Source: Veleropilina oligotropha | Taxonomy: Eukaryota | Direction of reading: 5' to 3' | Length of the DNA stretch: 64,000 nt | Assembly (NCBI GenBank): GCA_048128005.1 | Contig: JBEUKZ010000070.1 | Coordinates: 1 to 64,000, forward strand | Shown: piece after piece, positions 36,101 to 44,500 of the stretch | Position numbering within the stretch: position 1 is the stretch's first letter | Layout: each line of letters starts with the position of its first letter | Translations under genes and position numbers: made by a program | Notes under the pieces: model-generated | The model's input: the letters and a program-made list of their open reading frames with translations, nothing else | What the model was told of the DNA's origin: nothing | The model's database searches: none

Positions 36101-37671
36101 GCCACCACTGTAGGTGAACAAATGTGAAACTCATAAATAAAATTACAAAATATTTTGTCATCACATGAAATGCATGGCATGACAGATACTGAACCTAACA
36201 TAAGTTTTGCTTATATTCCAACACTCGTGACCTCTAATACTCACTTTTGACTGTGTGTATGACCTGTAATCCTTTGGGAGATCAAAGCGGACTACGAGAT
36301 TGCACCTTGGAACGTCTACACCTTCCTCGAGAACACAGGTGGATACCAGCAGATTCAGTTCCTGCATGCGAAACCTGCGCAGAACCAGTTCCTGCTTCCG
36401 GAAGCCCTGCTCCAAGTCTTTCTTCACTCCGGCTGACTTCAGTCCATGGCCGGTGATGCTGCTGCTCTTGATGAAGCACAGACAGTCGTCCCACGCACAG
36501 AGTTCCTCAATAAGCTTATTCAGCGCATATGCTACAAATCGTCGCTCCACAAACACTATGCAGCATAAATACTTCTCTTCCGTCTCCCAGCTAAACGTCT
36601 GACCGCCGGGCTTGTTTTCCGGATTGGTGGTGCATCTCTTTACGGCCACATGACCTTTCTCCGGTGACCGTCCCCTGCTCTTTCCCTCATCCATGTCAGG
36701 ATCGGATAAGCACATGGAATCATCGGACATGTCGGATCCGTCCGAGAGGTAGGAATCGTCCTCGATGATCATGAAGTCGGCTTGCGGCATGTAGTCCCTC
36801 AAGATCTCAATCAGCTTCACCACTTTCGGGCTGACATACTGGAGGAACTCGTCGACATTGTACTCAGGCTTAAACCGGCCTTCGAACACCTTGGCCAGGA
36901 TGCGTAGCTGCGTTGCGGCATACCGCAGCAGTCGCTTGTGTGTGCTCAGGCTGGTGTGGACGTCCAGTTTCTCCAGCTGCTTAACGAAGGTACCAGCGGT
37001 GGCGGCGGCGCACCACGGGCCCAACTCATACAGGATGTTCAGGCACTCGGACAGGGCAGTTTTAGGGATCTGCCTGGGATCCTTATGCTTCTCTCCATTA
37101 TCTTCTGGCTGCTCGACGCTGCATTCATAAAGGAAGCAGAGCGCTTCTTCCAGAATTCGGCTCAGATCTTCAGTCAGGCCAAACGGATCTTCTCTCTCAT
37201 CGCACTGACAGACGATTTCCTTCGCACACGTGCCGTGTTTGACCGGGAAGACCAGCGTCGATGTCTCTGCCGTGGATTGTAGCGTCGATTGGAGTAAGTT
37301 TATGGCCCTCTCCAGCTCTATGACGTTAGTAAAGCGTCCGGTGACAATGGTGGCCGTCAGCCCCAATATCCGGGGCTTCTTCTCACAGTCAGACTCCGAG
37401 AGACATTGCATGATCTGAGCGTACGGATGATTGCGACTAGCATGATGGCACTCGTCAAAGATCAGCAGGTTCACGCATGAGATGGAGATGAAATCGTGCA
37501 GCAGAAGGTCGAGGAATATCTGAGCGGTCATCACGAGGACGTTGTGCGTCTGCAATTCCTTCTGCCACTGGCTCGCTGACCACCTGTCCACATTCATTTC
37601 TCCGACATACTGACCGACAGAGAGGTCAGTATGCTGCTGGGCAGCCTGAGCCTGCTGGTAGACCAAAGGGA
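2992..37671 (-). CDS. DICER1: Dicer-1 (endoribonuclease Dicer), 5'-incomplete; 14 exons in window, ~5,258 nt CDS
   Basis: Joined exons give one open frame. Domains in order: DExH helicase ([30 protein letters not shown]), DUF283 ([17 protein letters not shown]), platform/PAZ (YYQKKYG...[20 protein letters not shown]), RNase IIIa ([12 protein letters not shown]...ADCIEALIG), RNase IIIb ([12 protein letters not shown]...[10 protein letters not shown]) and dsRBD ([16 protein letters not shown]). All 13 internal introns are GT-AG with matching phases. Confidence 0.97.
3419..3494 (-). CDS. DICER1: Dicer exon (start of dsRBD)
   Basis: tttcag | (E)[24 protein letters not shown](E) | gtaagt. Confidence 0.93.
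4994..5137. repeat. Near-perfect palindrome: 65-bp arms, 14-nt loop
   Basis: 4994-5058 is the reverse complement of 5073-5137, with about 2 mismatches. Confidence 0.95.
5880..7510 (-). pseudogene. Frameshifted Academ-like transposase with XPG/PIN-like nuclease motifs
   Basis: Fragments in changing frames: [21 protein letters not shown] (~7500), PSSLF (~6920), [13 protein letters not shown] (~6650) and FHALTG.DTTS (~6125). Confidence 0.68.
7905..8132 (-). mobile_element. tRNA-derived SINE (same family as 53758-54020)
   Basis: Reverse-complement similarity to the SINE at 53758-54020 (gtcctgtatatttaca, caaggcaggacat, ggccagttacggacaactg). Confidence 0.75.
8584..9188 (-). mobile_element. Non-autonomous Helitron with triplicated 5' segment
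   Basis: On the minus strand: A|TC start, 3' hairpin cccggcgaagacggg, then CTAG|T; three ~175-186-bp tandem units. Confidence 0.75.
10621..13175 (+). mobile_element. HINE/pearl-like (Helentron-associated) element with ~160-166-bp core repeats, split by a TIR element
   Basis: aatgccccc motif near both ends, tandem core repeats (10720-11191 and 12789-13100), ggac microsatellite and terminal gccccc...gggggc palindrome. Confidence 0.72.
11192..12788. mobile_element. Non-autonomous TIR element (hAT- or P-like) with 7-bp TSD
   Basis: 16-bp perfect TIR cagggctggacaaatc; gctaagt on both flanks; ctagccc subterminal repeats; internal 19-bp repeat x5 at ~11752-11852. Confidence 0.88.
13308..13476 (-). 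CDS. DICER1: Dicer exon (RNase IIIb C-terminal part)
   Basis: tttcag | EGVDD...[24 protein letters not shown]...KPHI | gtaaga. Confidence 0.95.
13870..14077. mobile_element. MITE flanked by TA
   Basis: ctgtaaacccctatattttagc ... gctaaaatatggggttttacag, with TA on each side. Confidence 0.8.
14113..15860 (+). mobile_element. Composite HINE-like element (core repeats, SINE fragment, second nested HINE-like element)
   Basis: aacaag...tgtccccc start; repeated ttcgaacttgat...ctgtaaagtttc cores; terminal tgtcccccgtccgcc...ggcggcaggggaca palindrome. Confidence 0.68.
16154..17260 (+). mobile_element. Non-autonomous Helitron
   Basis: A|TCtatat start; gtgcgaagcac hairpin just before CTAG|T. Confidence 0.8.
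17454..17709 (-). CDS. DICER1: Dicer exon (RNase IIIb signature)
   Basis: cacag | (R)[17 protein letters not shown]...[10 protein letters not shown]...TEDD | gtaaat. Confidence 0.95.
17944..18375. repeat. 46-bp tandem repeat (~8-9 copies) spanning a Dicer splice donor
   Basis: Unit gttataatgatagcattaccaacctttgatagcagtccgtaatggt; one copy overlaps the exon end at 18341. Confidence 0.92.
18341..18555 (-). CDS. DICER1: Dicer exon (IIIa-IIIb linker, start of IIIb)
   Basis: ttgcag | VPGP...[22 protein letters not shown](R) | gttggt. Confidence 0.92.
18679..19902. mobile_element. Non-autonomous hAT-like element with 5-bp TSD
   Basis: TIR caggggtcgaccttc / gaagatctacccctg; ataat on both flanks; ggatacca-type subterminal repeats. 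Confidence 0.75.
20150..20335. repeat. 24-bp tandem repeat (~7 copies) abutting a Dicer donor
   Basis: Unit cagtattctgcagtggattagcat. Confidence 0.88.
20340..22282 (-). CDS. DICER1: Dicer exon (PAZ, connector, RNase IIIa)
   Basis: tttacag acceptor and gtaacg donor; 1,943 nt within ORF 20313..22313; PAZ and [12 protein letters not shown] motifs. Confidence 0.95.
22577..22790 (-). CDS. DICER1: Dicer exon (platform domain)
   Basis: tttag | [16 protein letters not shown]...[11 protein letters not shown]...IVPLNK | gtaagc. Confidence 0.94.
23251..24814 (+). mobile_element. Tc1/mariner fossil (~1.56 kb)
   Basis: TA|cagtaccagtcaaaagtttgagta TIRs with TA on both sides; decayed transposase fragments (SGRP, W...DES-like, FQKDSK.EITS corresponding to QQDNDPKHTS, C-terminal MP). 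Confidence 0.9.
24861..25040 (-). CDS. DICER1: Dicer exon (platform domain)
   Basis: ttccag | [10 protein letters not shown]...[13 protein letters not shown]...[10 protein letters not shown] | gtgact; phase 0/0. Confidence 0.9.
25459..25598 (-). CDS. DICER1: Dicer exon (linker after DUF283)
   Basis: ttccag | (G)[12 protein letters not shown]...[14 protein letters not shown] | gtcagg. Confidence 0.93.
26041..26130. repeat. Internal complementary region (ICR) of DIRS copy 1
   Basis: First half is complementary to the terminus at 25744; second half is complementary to the terminus at 33123. Confidence 0.93.
26913..29870 (-). CDS. DIRS tyrosine recombinase ORF (long N-terminal overlap with RT)
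   Basis: SGRRCSEI (R), FLAKNQ (K), AHEVRA (HxxR), GYW and FVKHY (Y); start codon uncertain. Confidence 0.92.
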   Translation of the reverse strand: MPASAGGSVPVSAQPVVARADRQQLGPLSRECRIQVGIQPASDLNRGTTIKTRSPPKRRETSGLRPGSAGFAPKKSDISRAAQHTRILQPFLPGPETRWPLATDPRSLVSQPISSYREIPARSPLEDSSGHPSGRLGSVYRSDRRVSACPDAYHGSSVPSVYTRGDDLPIQVPTVRSIVSPLRFHENSTGPWGLPTLSRAQGTYVPRRLADPRGVPRSVPPVYELYPVISEAPGISDQRDKILLRALDDVYVPRSRLRYGPVHREADSETYAEPTRGYPRHPVIGHNYGATTGHCPGAHRVGSDPATDGSHGQTTVTTGDQGSLDTTDGAVDGSHRSTALVYQHNSSVVEPCFAGPVGSYIPARAERLPVHRRFERRLGWSPRQLRDIRPMADGPSGTTYQLPRVRSRLPVSTVPLVTSPQQAHNARHGQHDCRRLHPAPGRHSLASPLRPSNRPTPPSDVPQLDDSSPTHPGKAECQSGFALSEITDNTHRVDATQPSSSGRLPPVVATPSRSVCNRIQLPTTSVCLPVPGPGRPSGRRTVNDMGESVRVCLPPVVHSDTGITEGIERTLRDNANRAPVSHATLVSDPPRSDRRSTVSAPAETGPVNAAAHPCTTSIAERLTFTRLAVIERSLAKKGFSHATALRIYRSRRLSTTKVYDYRWVKYVDWCHSRQVNILRPPVNKFIEFLSSLFDRGMSVSAVKGYRATIATTLKQCRAHVGLSSDRTISDFIRSYELEMPTRTIRPPAWNIVLILNALHLPPYEPMSTVSMRNLTHKTVFLIALASGRRCSEIHSLSAELRDIRFQSDGSVMLRPILGFLAKNQRPNEDAPDIIIPKLTLVGRHDEDLLNCPVRALRFYRDRTRDLRQGKLRLFISYLPSFTHDITKTTVSRWISQVVRDVYSRCEEVDRTILSVRAHEVRAIAASIAFRHNLNITALLQAGYWKNANVFVKHYLRDYSTGADGLSTLQCVAAQRCIVRPRSSNQ
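27824..30106 (-). CDS. DIRS reverse transcriptase - RNase H - methyltransferase-like ORF
   Basis: [61 protein letters not shown]...YAFPP. Confidence 0.95.
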   Translation of the reverse strand: MPSRRRYCTPFGVHLPTRGSAKGPPGPRSLLRVRSPLRVVGLRPINPLQRGKHLQRNPVSRAGEGSLGPRAAGIRDGLSCPLPPVGACLLAHSQSWLELTDSNWVHLVVSAGYKLAFNRHPTLTEAPPSRHARLLNGEKQAVLDQAVRDLLLKRAIYPAPPSTPGFYSHFFLVPKPDGRWRPILDLSYLNRYLRTEKFQQEALSKIRAAIHPGDWAASIDLTDAYLHVPMHITAHQYLRFIHGETIYQFRCLPFGLSSAPYVFTRTVQALGAFLHSLGHRVHMYLDDWLILGASRDLFLQSTSFTLSSAKRLGFQINETKSCFVPSTTFTFLGVDFDTVRYTAKPTQKRMRNLRAVIQDTLSSDITTARQLATVLGHIESVATLLPTGRMDKRPLQQAIRDRWIQRTGQWTDRIDLRHWFTNTTAVWLNPALPDQSVPISPPEPNAYLFTDASNDGWGGHLDSYETSGLWPTDLQGRHINFLELEAVYLSVRSLSSHLRNKHIMLATDNTTVVAYIQHQGGTRSRPLCDRAIDLHRLVMSLNSTIRARHIPGKLNVRADLLSRKSQIIHTEWTLHSRVARDVCRRWSQPQVDLFATEFNYRLPLYVSPYPDPAALAVDALSMTWENLSAYAFPPSCILTLVLQKASNEHCEITLIAPLYRTQPWFPTLLDLIVDRPLALPQRPDLLMQPRTRVLHPSPNDLRLHAWRLSNDPLLRKDFLTQQPYAFTDREGFPRQKFMTTDGSSTWIGVTAGRSIFSVPL
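29895..32150 (-). pseudogene. DIRS gag-like ORF1 with two in-frame nonsense codons
   Basis: Collinear with the intact 751-aa ORF of copy 4; TGG>TGA at ~30460 and TCA>TAA at ~30043 relative to copy 2. Confidence 0.85.
33487..33562 (-). CDS. DICER1: Dicer exon (end of DUF283)
   Basis: ttgcag | [25 protein letters not shown](G) | gtatgt. Confidence 0.93.
33847..33988 (-). CDS. DICER1: Dicer exon (DUF283)
   Basis: tttcag | (R)[17 protein letters not shown]...[14 protein letters not shown] | gtaagt. Not in the ORF track. Confidence 0.94.
34253..34404 (-). CDS. DICER1: Dicer exon (bridge into DUF283)
   Basis: ttacag | VLLGHFC...VPPYVP...[12 protein letters not shown](R) | gttatc. Confidence 0.92.
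34405..34820. repeat. 46-bp tandem repeat (~9 copies) abutting a Dicer acceptor
   Basis: Unit gcacgcaacatcaattaagctgaccaggcatagtgcctgaaaccat. Confidence 0.95.
35317..35418 (-). CDS. DICER1: Dicer exon (helicase motif VI)
   Basis: cttcag | [15 protein letters not shown]...KMYRGIEN | gtaaac; completes QSK-GRAR. Confidence 0.93.
36245..37671 (-). CDS. DICER1: Dicer exon (helicase HEL1 from motif Ia, HEL2i, HEL2)
   Basis: tttcag | (V)PLVYQQAQ...DECHHA...YRSYTQSK | gtgagt. The first ~90 aa of the ORF-track entry are intronic. Confidence 0.94.
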
Positions 37672-38004
37672 CTGAAACAGAAAGACAAGCATACTGATAC
37701 TGGGTGGCCAGAGGGACTGGAACAGAAAGACAAGCATACTGATGATTAAATAGATTAAATAGAATTTGTTTGGGTTTAGAAAGCGCATTACTGCCACTCA
37801 TATAAAAACCCATTGAGTTGTCTTGTCCTCTATAACCTGCCCTTCTTCTTAAAATGCTCATGATACTTGTCGACCAACGGGACTGGCACAAAAAGGCAAG
37901 CATACTGATACTGGGTGACCAGAGGAACGGGAATAGAAAGACAAACATACTTATGAAGTTATGATGCTGGTAGACCAGAGGAACTGAAACAGAAAGACAA
38001 GCAT
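37652..38004. repeat. Proximal copies of the 45-bp satellite overlapping the Dicer acceptor at 37671
   Basis: gactgaaacagaaagacaagcatactgat units, interrupted by ~110 bp of unique sequence. Confidence 0.88.
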
Positions 38005-38502
38005 AACAAGTGATTTAGTTGAGAGAAAATTGATAAATTTCATACATCCACTAGGTCAGCAAAAGTCAGCAATAAATCAAGGTTTCAAAAAATCCCCAAT
38101 ATTTGAACCTGATCTACCACATGATGGGGTTAATTGATCTGTAAAGTTTCAGAAAGCTAGCATCTCTGAAAATGAAATTAGTGCATGTGACAAAATTGAC
38201 CACATCCATGCTTGCAGAGACTTGTAATGTACAAAATCGCAAAAAATCCATAAATTTCAAAAATCATTACATGTACCCATATTCGAAAAGGAAAAGGAAA
38301 GGATCAATGCTTATTGTCCTGTATATTTCCAACCTATTTAGGTTCAAACCAGGACATGTCCACATTATTGCGGGAGGAAAGCTTGGTCGCCTGGTGAAAC
38401 CCGCCCTCTTGGGCCAGTTACGGACAACTGTGATTCACAACTTTGATGTGATTAATTGATTAGTAATGTTTGAGAAAGCTAGAAATTCTTGATATGAAAA
38501 AA

Positions 38503-41500
38503 ATGAGGTTTTTAAGTAAACCTAATATTAGTTAAAACATACTTACGTCCTTACACTTGCCATAATAGTCATATTATCGCTAACCGGAAACAGTGAATAA
38601 TGTCCCATTTTATGCACTATTAAGTCAAAACACTACGATTACCTCCCCTGCTCCCCCTCTATAAGTTCCCCCGGCGAGATCTCACCAAGCCTCGCGAGAT
38701 GTCCGAGCTCAAGGGCGCAAGGCCTCAATTCAAAGTTCAGAACACCAAAGGAACTTAGTAAGAGGGGAGGAATGCGAAAGCGCAGGGTGGGTAATCGTAG
38801 TAAGGACGTAAGTATGTTTTAACTAATATTAGGTTTACTTAAAAACCTCATATGTAGTTACAAACTTACTTACGTCCTTACACTTGCCAGAATGACCTTG
38901 GATAGGTGGGTAAGAAGTTCCTTACTTGTAACAATCCCAAACAAGATTATGACTTACTTTTCACCATATCAATCAGCATGAAGCGACGATTGTGTCCGCT
39001 CAGAGTGGAATCTACTGAGTATTATATTCTACTCTTACCAGGCGAGAATCTCGACCAGTGAAACCGGGAGAATACGCTGTGGTGTTAGTCGGACAAGGTG
39101 AACGGAAGTGCAATCAGCCACAGGCACGGCCGGAAGGAAGATCCTTGTAGGCCTTACGTGTCATGGACCAGTGGCAGCCAACTGGTACTCCGGGCCATAG
39201 GCCGGTAGCCAGAGGAAGCAGTCGGATTTGTAGTCACACGGAACCTAATAGGTTGTGAAGACATCAAATCTTAAGCAAAGAATTAATAGATTATAATAAA
39301 TAATCGATATTAATAAGTAATTCGCACGACCAACTTGCGAAAAGCTAACATGAGTACATGTTACTTAAAATAAATTTTAAGGAAGCAAATATTAAATTTT
39401 TTTTTCAATGTCTTGAACATCGTATGTTCTATAACAGCATAGAACATCAATAATATTGAACCTCAAAATCCTATAAGATTTTTTGCAATATAAATGTTTA
39501 TTAAATTCAATGTGAACTGGCGTGTCAAAATACTCAGGTATGACATGAAAGTATCAAGATCTTAAAATGTTTTTAAGAAATGAACATACATTGAATCGCC
39601 TCATAATGTGTCTATTTCATAGAACACCTAGGCATAACAATAACATTGCTTCAGCACGAAGTATTAAATTGATAAATCAAGAAACAATACTCACTGATTA
39701 GATGACCTTTGTCTAATAATACATCATTGAGCAGCTACACATTGTAGACTGCTCAACCCATCAGCCTCATGGAATAATCCCGCAGGTAATGTTTAACAAA
39801 AACATTTGGATTCTTCCAGTAACCTGCTTGAAGCAATGCTGAGCAAATGCACGGACCTCGTGCGCGCGGACCGATACAATAGTGCGGTCTACTTTTTCAC
39901 AGCGAGAGTATACGTCTCTCACCACCTGTGAAATTCACCGCGAAACAGTAGTCTTCGTAATGTCGCGGGTATAGGAAGGTAAATACGAAATAAATAGACG
40001 TAGTTTTCCCTGCCGCATATCACGGGTCCTGTCGAGGTAGTAACGTAATGCACGCACCGGACAGCTTAAACGGTCCACATGGTGTCTTCCGACCAGCGTA
40101 AGCTTGGGGATAATGATATCGGGGGCATCCTCGTTCGGCCGTTGATTCTTGGCGAGAAAGCCCAAGATAGGACGCAGCATCACCGACCCGTCTGACTGGA
40201 AACGAACATCTCGTAGCTCTGCGGATAGACTATGAATTTCTGAACAACGCCTGCCCGACGCTAAGGCGATAAGAAAAACCATTTTGCGTTAGATTTCTCA
40301 TAGAAGCCGAGCACATAGGCTCGTATGGGTGTATAAGTAGAGCGTTGAGTATGAGGACGATGTTCCAGGCAGGCGGCCGAATCGTGCGTGTCGGCATTTC
40401 GAGTTCGTAAGATCGTATAAAATCCGAAATCGTTCGGTCGCTAGACAAGCTAACACGGGCACGGCACTGTTTTAACGTGGTCGCGACCGTTGCCCGATAG
40501 CCTTTGACGGCGGACACTGACATTCCGCGTTCGAAGAGCGACGATAGAAACTCGATAAATTTGTTCACAGGGGGACGGAGAATATTGACCTGCCGGCTGT
40601 GACACCAATCCACGTATTTGACCCATCGGTAGTCGTAGACTTTAGACGTGGAAAACCTTCTCGATCGATAGATGCGTAGGGCTGTAGCGCGAGAAAATCC
40701 TTTCTTAGCGAGGGATCGTTCGATAACCGCCAGGCGTGTAAACGTAAGTCGTTCGGCGACGGGTGTAACACACGGGTGCGCGCCTGCATTAACAGGTCCG
40801 GTCTCTGCGGGAGCGCTAACGGTCGATCGACGATCAGATCGAGGAGGGTCGGAAACCAAGGTTGCGTGCGATACAGGGGCGCGATTAGCGTTATCTCGCA
40901 ACGTTCGTTCGATGCCTTCTGTAGTACGAGTGTCAGGATGCACGACGGGGGGAAGGCATACGCGGACAGATTCTCCCATGTCATTGACAGCGCGTCGACC
41001 GCTAGGGCGGCCGGGTCCGGGGAGACATACAGAGGTAGTCGGTGATTGAATTCTGTTGCAAACAGATCGACTTGGGGTTGTGACCAACGGCGACAAACGT
41101 CCCGAGCTACTCGGCTGTGTAGCGTCCACTCTGTGTGTATAATCTGTGATTTCCGAGAGAGCGAGTCCGCTCTGACATTCAGCTTTCCCGGGATGTGTCA
41201 CGCTCGTATCGTCGAGTTGAGGGACATCACTAGGCGGTGTAGGTCGATTGCTCAGTCGCAAAGGGGACGCGAGCGAGTGCCGCCCTGGTGCTGAATGTAA
41301 GCGACGACAGTCGTGTTGTCCGTGGCGAGCATTATGTGCTTGTTGCGGAGATGTGACGAGAGGGACCGTACTGTCAGGTAGACCGCTTCTAACTCTAGGA
41401 AGTTGATGTGTCGTCCCTGAAGGTCCGTCGGCCATAGGCCCGATGTCTCGTAACTGTCGAGGTGACCACCCCAGCCGTCGTTCGAAGCGTCTGTGAACAG

Positions 41501-44500
41501 GTAAGCGTTCGGCTCTGGCGGGGATATAGGAACCGACTGGCTCGGCAAAGCAGGGTTCAACCACACTGCTGTCGTGCGGGTAAACCAATGCCGAAGATCG
41601 ATACGATCCGTCCACTGCCCCGTCCGTTGTATCCAGCGATCTCTGAACGCCTGCTGTAACGGTCGTTTGTCCATTCGACCCGTCGGTAGCAGGGTCGCTA
41701 CCGACTCGATGTGCCCCAGGACAGTGGCCAGTTGTCGCGCCGTAGTTATCTCCGATGACATGGTGTCTTGAATAACCGCGCGTAGGTTCCGTATACGTTT
41801 CTGGGTCGGCTTCGCGGTGTACCGGACCGTATCGAAGTCGACTCCGAGAAACGTAAACGTCTTGGAGGGTACGAAGCAGGATTTTGTCTCGTTGATCTGA
41901 AATCCCAGTCGCTTCGCCGATGACAGGGTAAAGCTCGTAGACCGGTGGCACAGATCCCGGGACGCCCCGAGGATCAGCCAGTCGTCGAGGTACATATGTA
42001 CCCTGTGCCCTAGAGAGTGTAGGAAGGCTCCGAGGGCCTGTACTGTTCTCGTGAAGACGTACGGGGCTGACGATAGACCGAACGGTAGGAACCTGAATTG
42101 GTAGATCGTCTCCCCGTGTATAAACCGAAGGTACTGATGAGCCGTGATATGCATCGGGACATGCAGATACGCGTCGGTCAGATCGATAGACGCTGCCCAG
42201 TCTCCCGGACGGATGGCCGCTCGTATCTTCGAGAGGGTTTCTTGCTGGAATTTCTCGGTGCGAAGATATCGGTTGAGATACGAGAGATCGAGGATCGGTC
42301 GCCAGCGGCCATCGGGTTTCGGGACCAGGAAGAAATGGCTGTAAAATCCTGGTGTGCTGGGCGGCGTGGGATATATCGCTCCTTTGAAGAGTAAGTCCAG
42401 CACAGCCTGGTCTAAGACCGCTTGTTTCTCTCCTTGCAGAGGGCGAGCGCGGCTTGGTGGTGGTGCCTCGGTTAGGGTCGGATGCCGGTTGAATGCCAAC
42501 TTGTATCCGGCACTCACGACTGAGTGGACCCAGCTGCTGTCTGTTAGTTCTAGCCACGGCTGGCTGTACGCTAACAGACACGCTCCCACCGGCGGAAGCG
42601 GGCAGCTGGGACCGTCGTGTGTGCCGGCAGCCCTAAGGCCGAGGCTTCCCTCTCCCGCTCTGACGGGATTTCGTTGGAGGTGCTTGCCTCCTCTGAGTGG
42701 GTTTATTGGCCGGGGGCCTACCACCAGAAGAGGGCCTTGCACGCTTGGAAGGCTTCGGGGTCTGGGTGGGCCCTGAGCACTTCCTCGAGTCGGCGGGTGG
42801 ACCCGGGGGGGGGGGTGCAGCACCGCCTTCTCGATGGCACGGTCCTTCAGGTCCGCCGCCGAATTCCGAAAAATTGTCGCCAAACAGAGTGGTGGCCGAG
42901 CAAGGCACGCATCGCAATGAACGCCGGGTGGCTTCATCTAGCGAGGTGCCTTCCAGGCAAGGTCCCTACGAAGTAGGAGAGCGTTACCCAGGACACGTCC
43001 CGTCTCCAACGCGCTGGTCTCCATAGCGGCGGCAACCTCCTGAAGGAAGGACAGGGCTGCTTCACGGGCGCCGGGTCCTTCCTCCTGTAATACGGCTATC
43101 GCCCCGTCTAGGAAAAAATCCTGAACGGACGACAGCCGCAGAGCCCGTCGGGCGGAGCTCTCGAAAGTTTCCAAGGCGGACCAAGGAACTTTCGCCACAG
43201 AGGGAGTGTGACTGGCGGTCAGTCGACGCATCGCTGCGTCTACACGAGCTGGCTCAGTCGCCAGGCACGGACCAGTACATGCGAACGGGATCGAATGCGA
43301 ACTGGCCCGGAGGTACCTCCCACTACGGAACCCCGAAGGGAACTCCATCAATGGGGAGGAATCCACCGGATTGCGCCCCTGAATGAGCTTGGTTGTCGAG
43401 TCGACCACCAGATCAACCAGCCCAGACTGAGGTAAGGAAGGAAGCAAGGGGGCTTCCTTCTCAACAAACCGATGTGCCGCCGTCCTGTGCTTGACCGGGC
43501 CTACATCCGACCGAGTCGGTTCCGGCAGGTCAAGCACCCCGCGAAGTGACGCAAAGGCGTCTAACCTTCGTCGGGTGGTGGAGGTCGGCTCCTGCGTGCC
43601 TGAAAGACTACCAGCGTCTTCGGGCCCGACCGATTCAGGGAGGTCGGAGTGAGTAGAGTCGAGGTCCTCGTCGGACGAGGGTCGATCTCCATCACGGAGG
43701 CAGGAGCCAGGCTCTGCGCCACGGGCAGAGGTGTAGGGAACTGGAGCGGCTGGAAAGCCGGTTGCCAGGCCTTACATCAGGACTCGAACTCCGCCGCGAA
43801 CATAGCCTGGAAGTTCTCGTACGAGATACCCGGAGGCATGACGGGCGTCGAACTAACAGCCGGTAGTTCTGTCGAGGTCACCGTGGCGCAAGGTAGACGG
43901 GCTGCACGGACAGGTGGAGCCGAGAACCAGGGTCTCGGGTCACCCGTCGAGCGGTCGTACCCGAAAGAATGGCCCGAAGGCGCATTCAGTGGGACGGGCG
44001 ACCTGTAAGACTGCGGCCACAGTCCGTACTGGTCTACCACTCTGTTCGAGCGAGGCACGGTCGGGTCACCGTAAAACCTCTACCCGAACGCAGCCGGTCT
44101 GTCCGCGTTATCTAGCGTGACCCCTGGGGGTACACGGGAGAGAACGGGCCCTCTGAAACAGCCGTGAGCTCCGAGGTTGAGCGGAAAAACCCAAGGGTTA
44201 GTCGCGTCGGTCTCGGACGAGGTTTCAGGCGTCGCCAATTGTCCGGATCTTAGACCATCGTAATGGTGTCCGGCCTCTTTATTGGCTTTCTCATTGGGTT
44301 GCTCTCCGTCGTTAAACGGAGAGTTTCCCGCAGAAGGACTAACGTTCCCCGTATTCTTCGAGGCCGAAGAATAGGATGGGGATAGTCTGCCCTGTTCAGC
44401 GGTTCGCCGCGCTGCCAGATATACCTTGCTAGCCGGCAAGGTATGGTTGGCTGCAGTTACTAGGCCCGTTTGAGGAGGATCGGACAGCACTCAGGCTTCT

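Noticed and set aside
37672..37948. N-terminus of the 595-aa ORF as the Dicer start
   Set aside because: It is intronic satellite-derived sequence lacking helicase motifs Q and I. A phase-1 acceptor at 37671 fits better.
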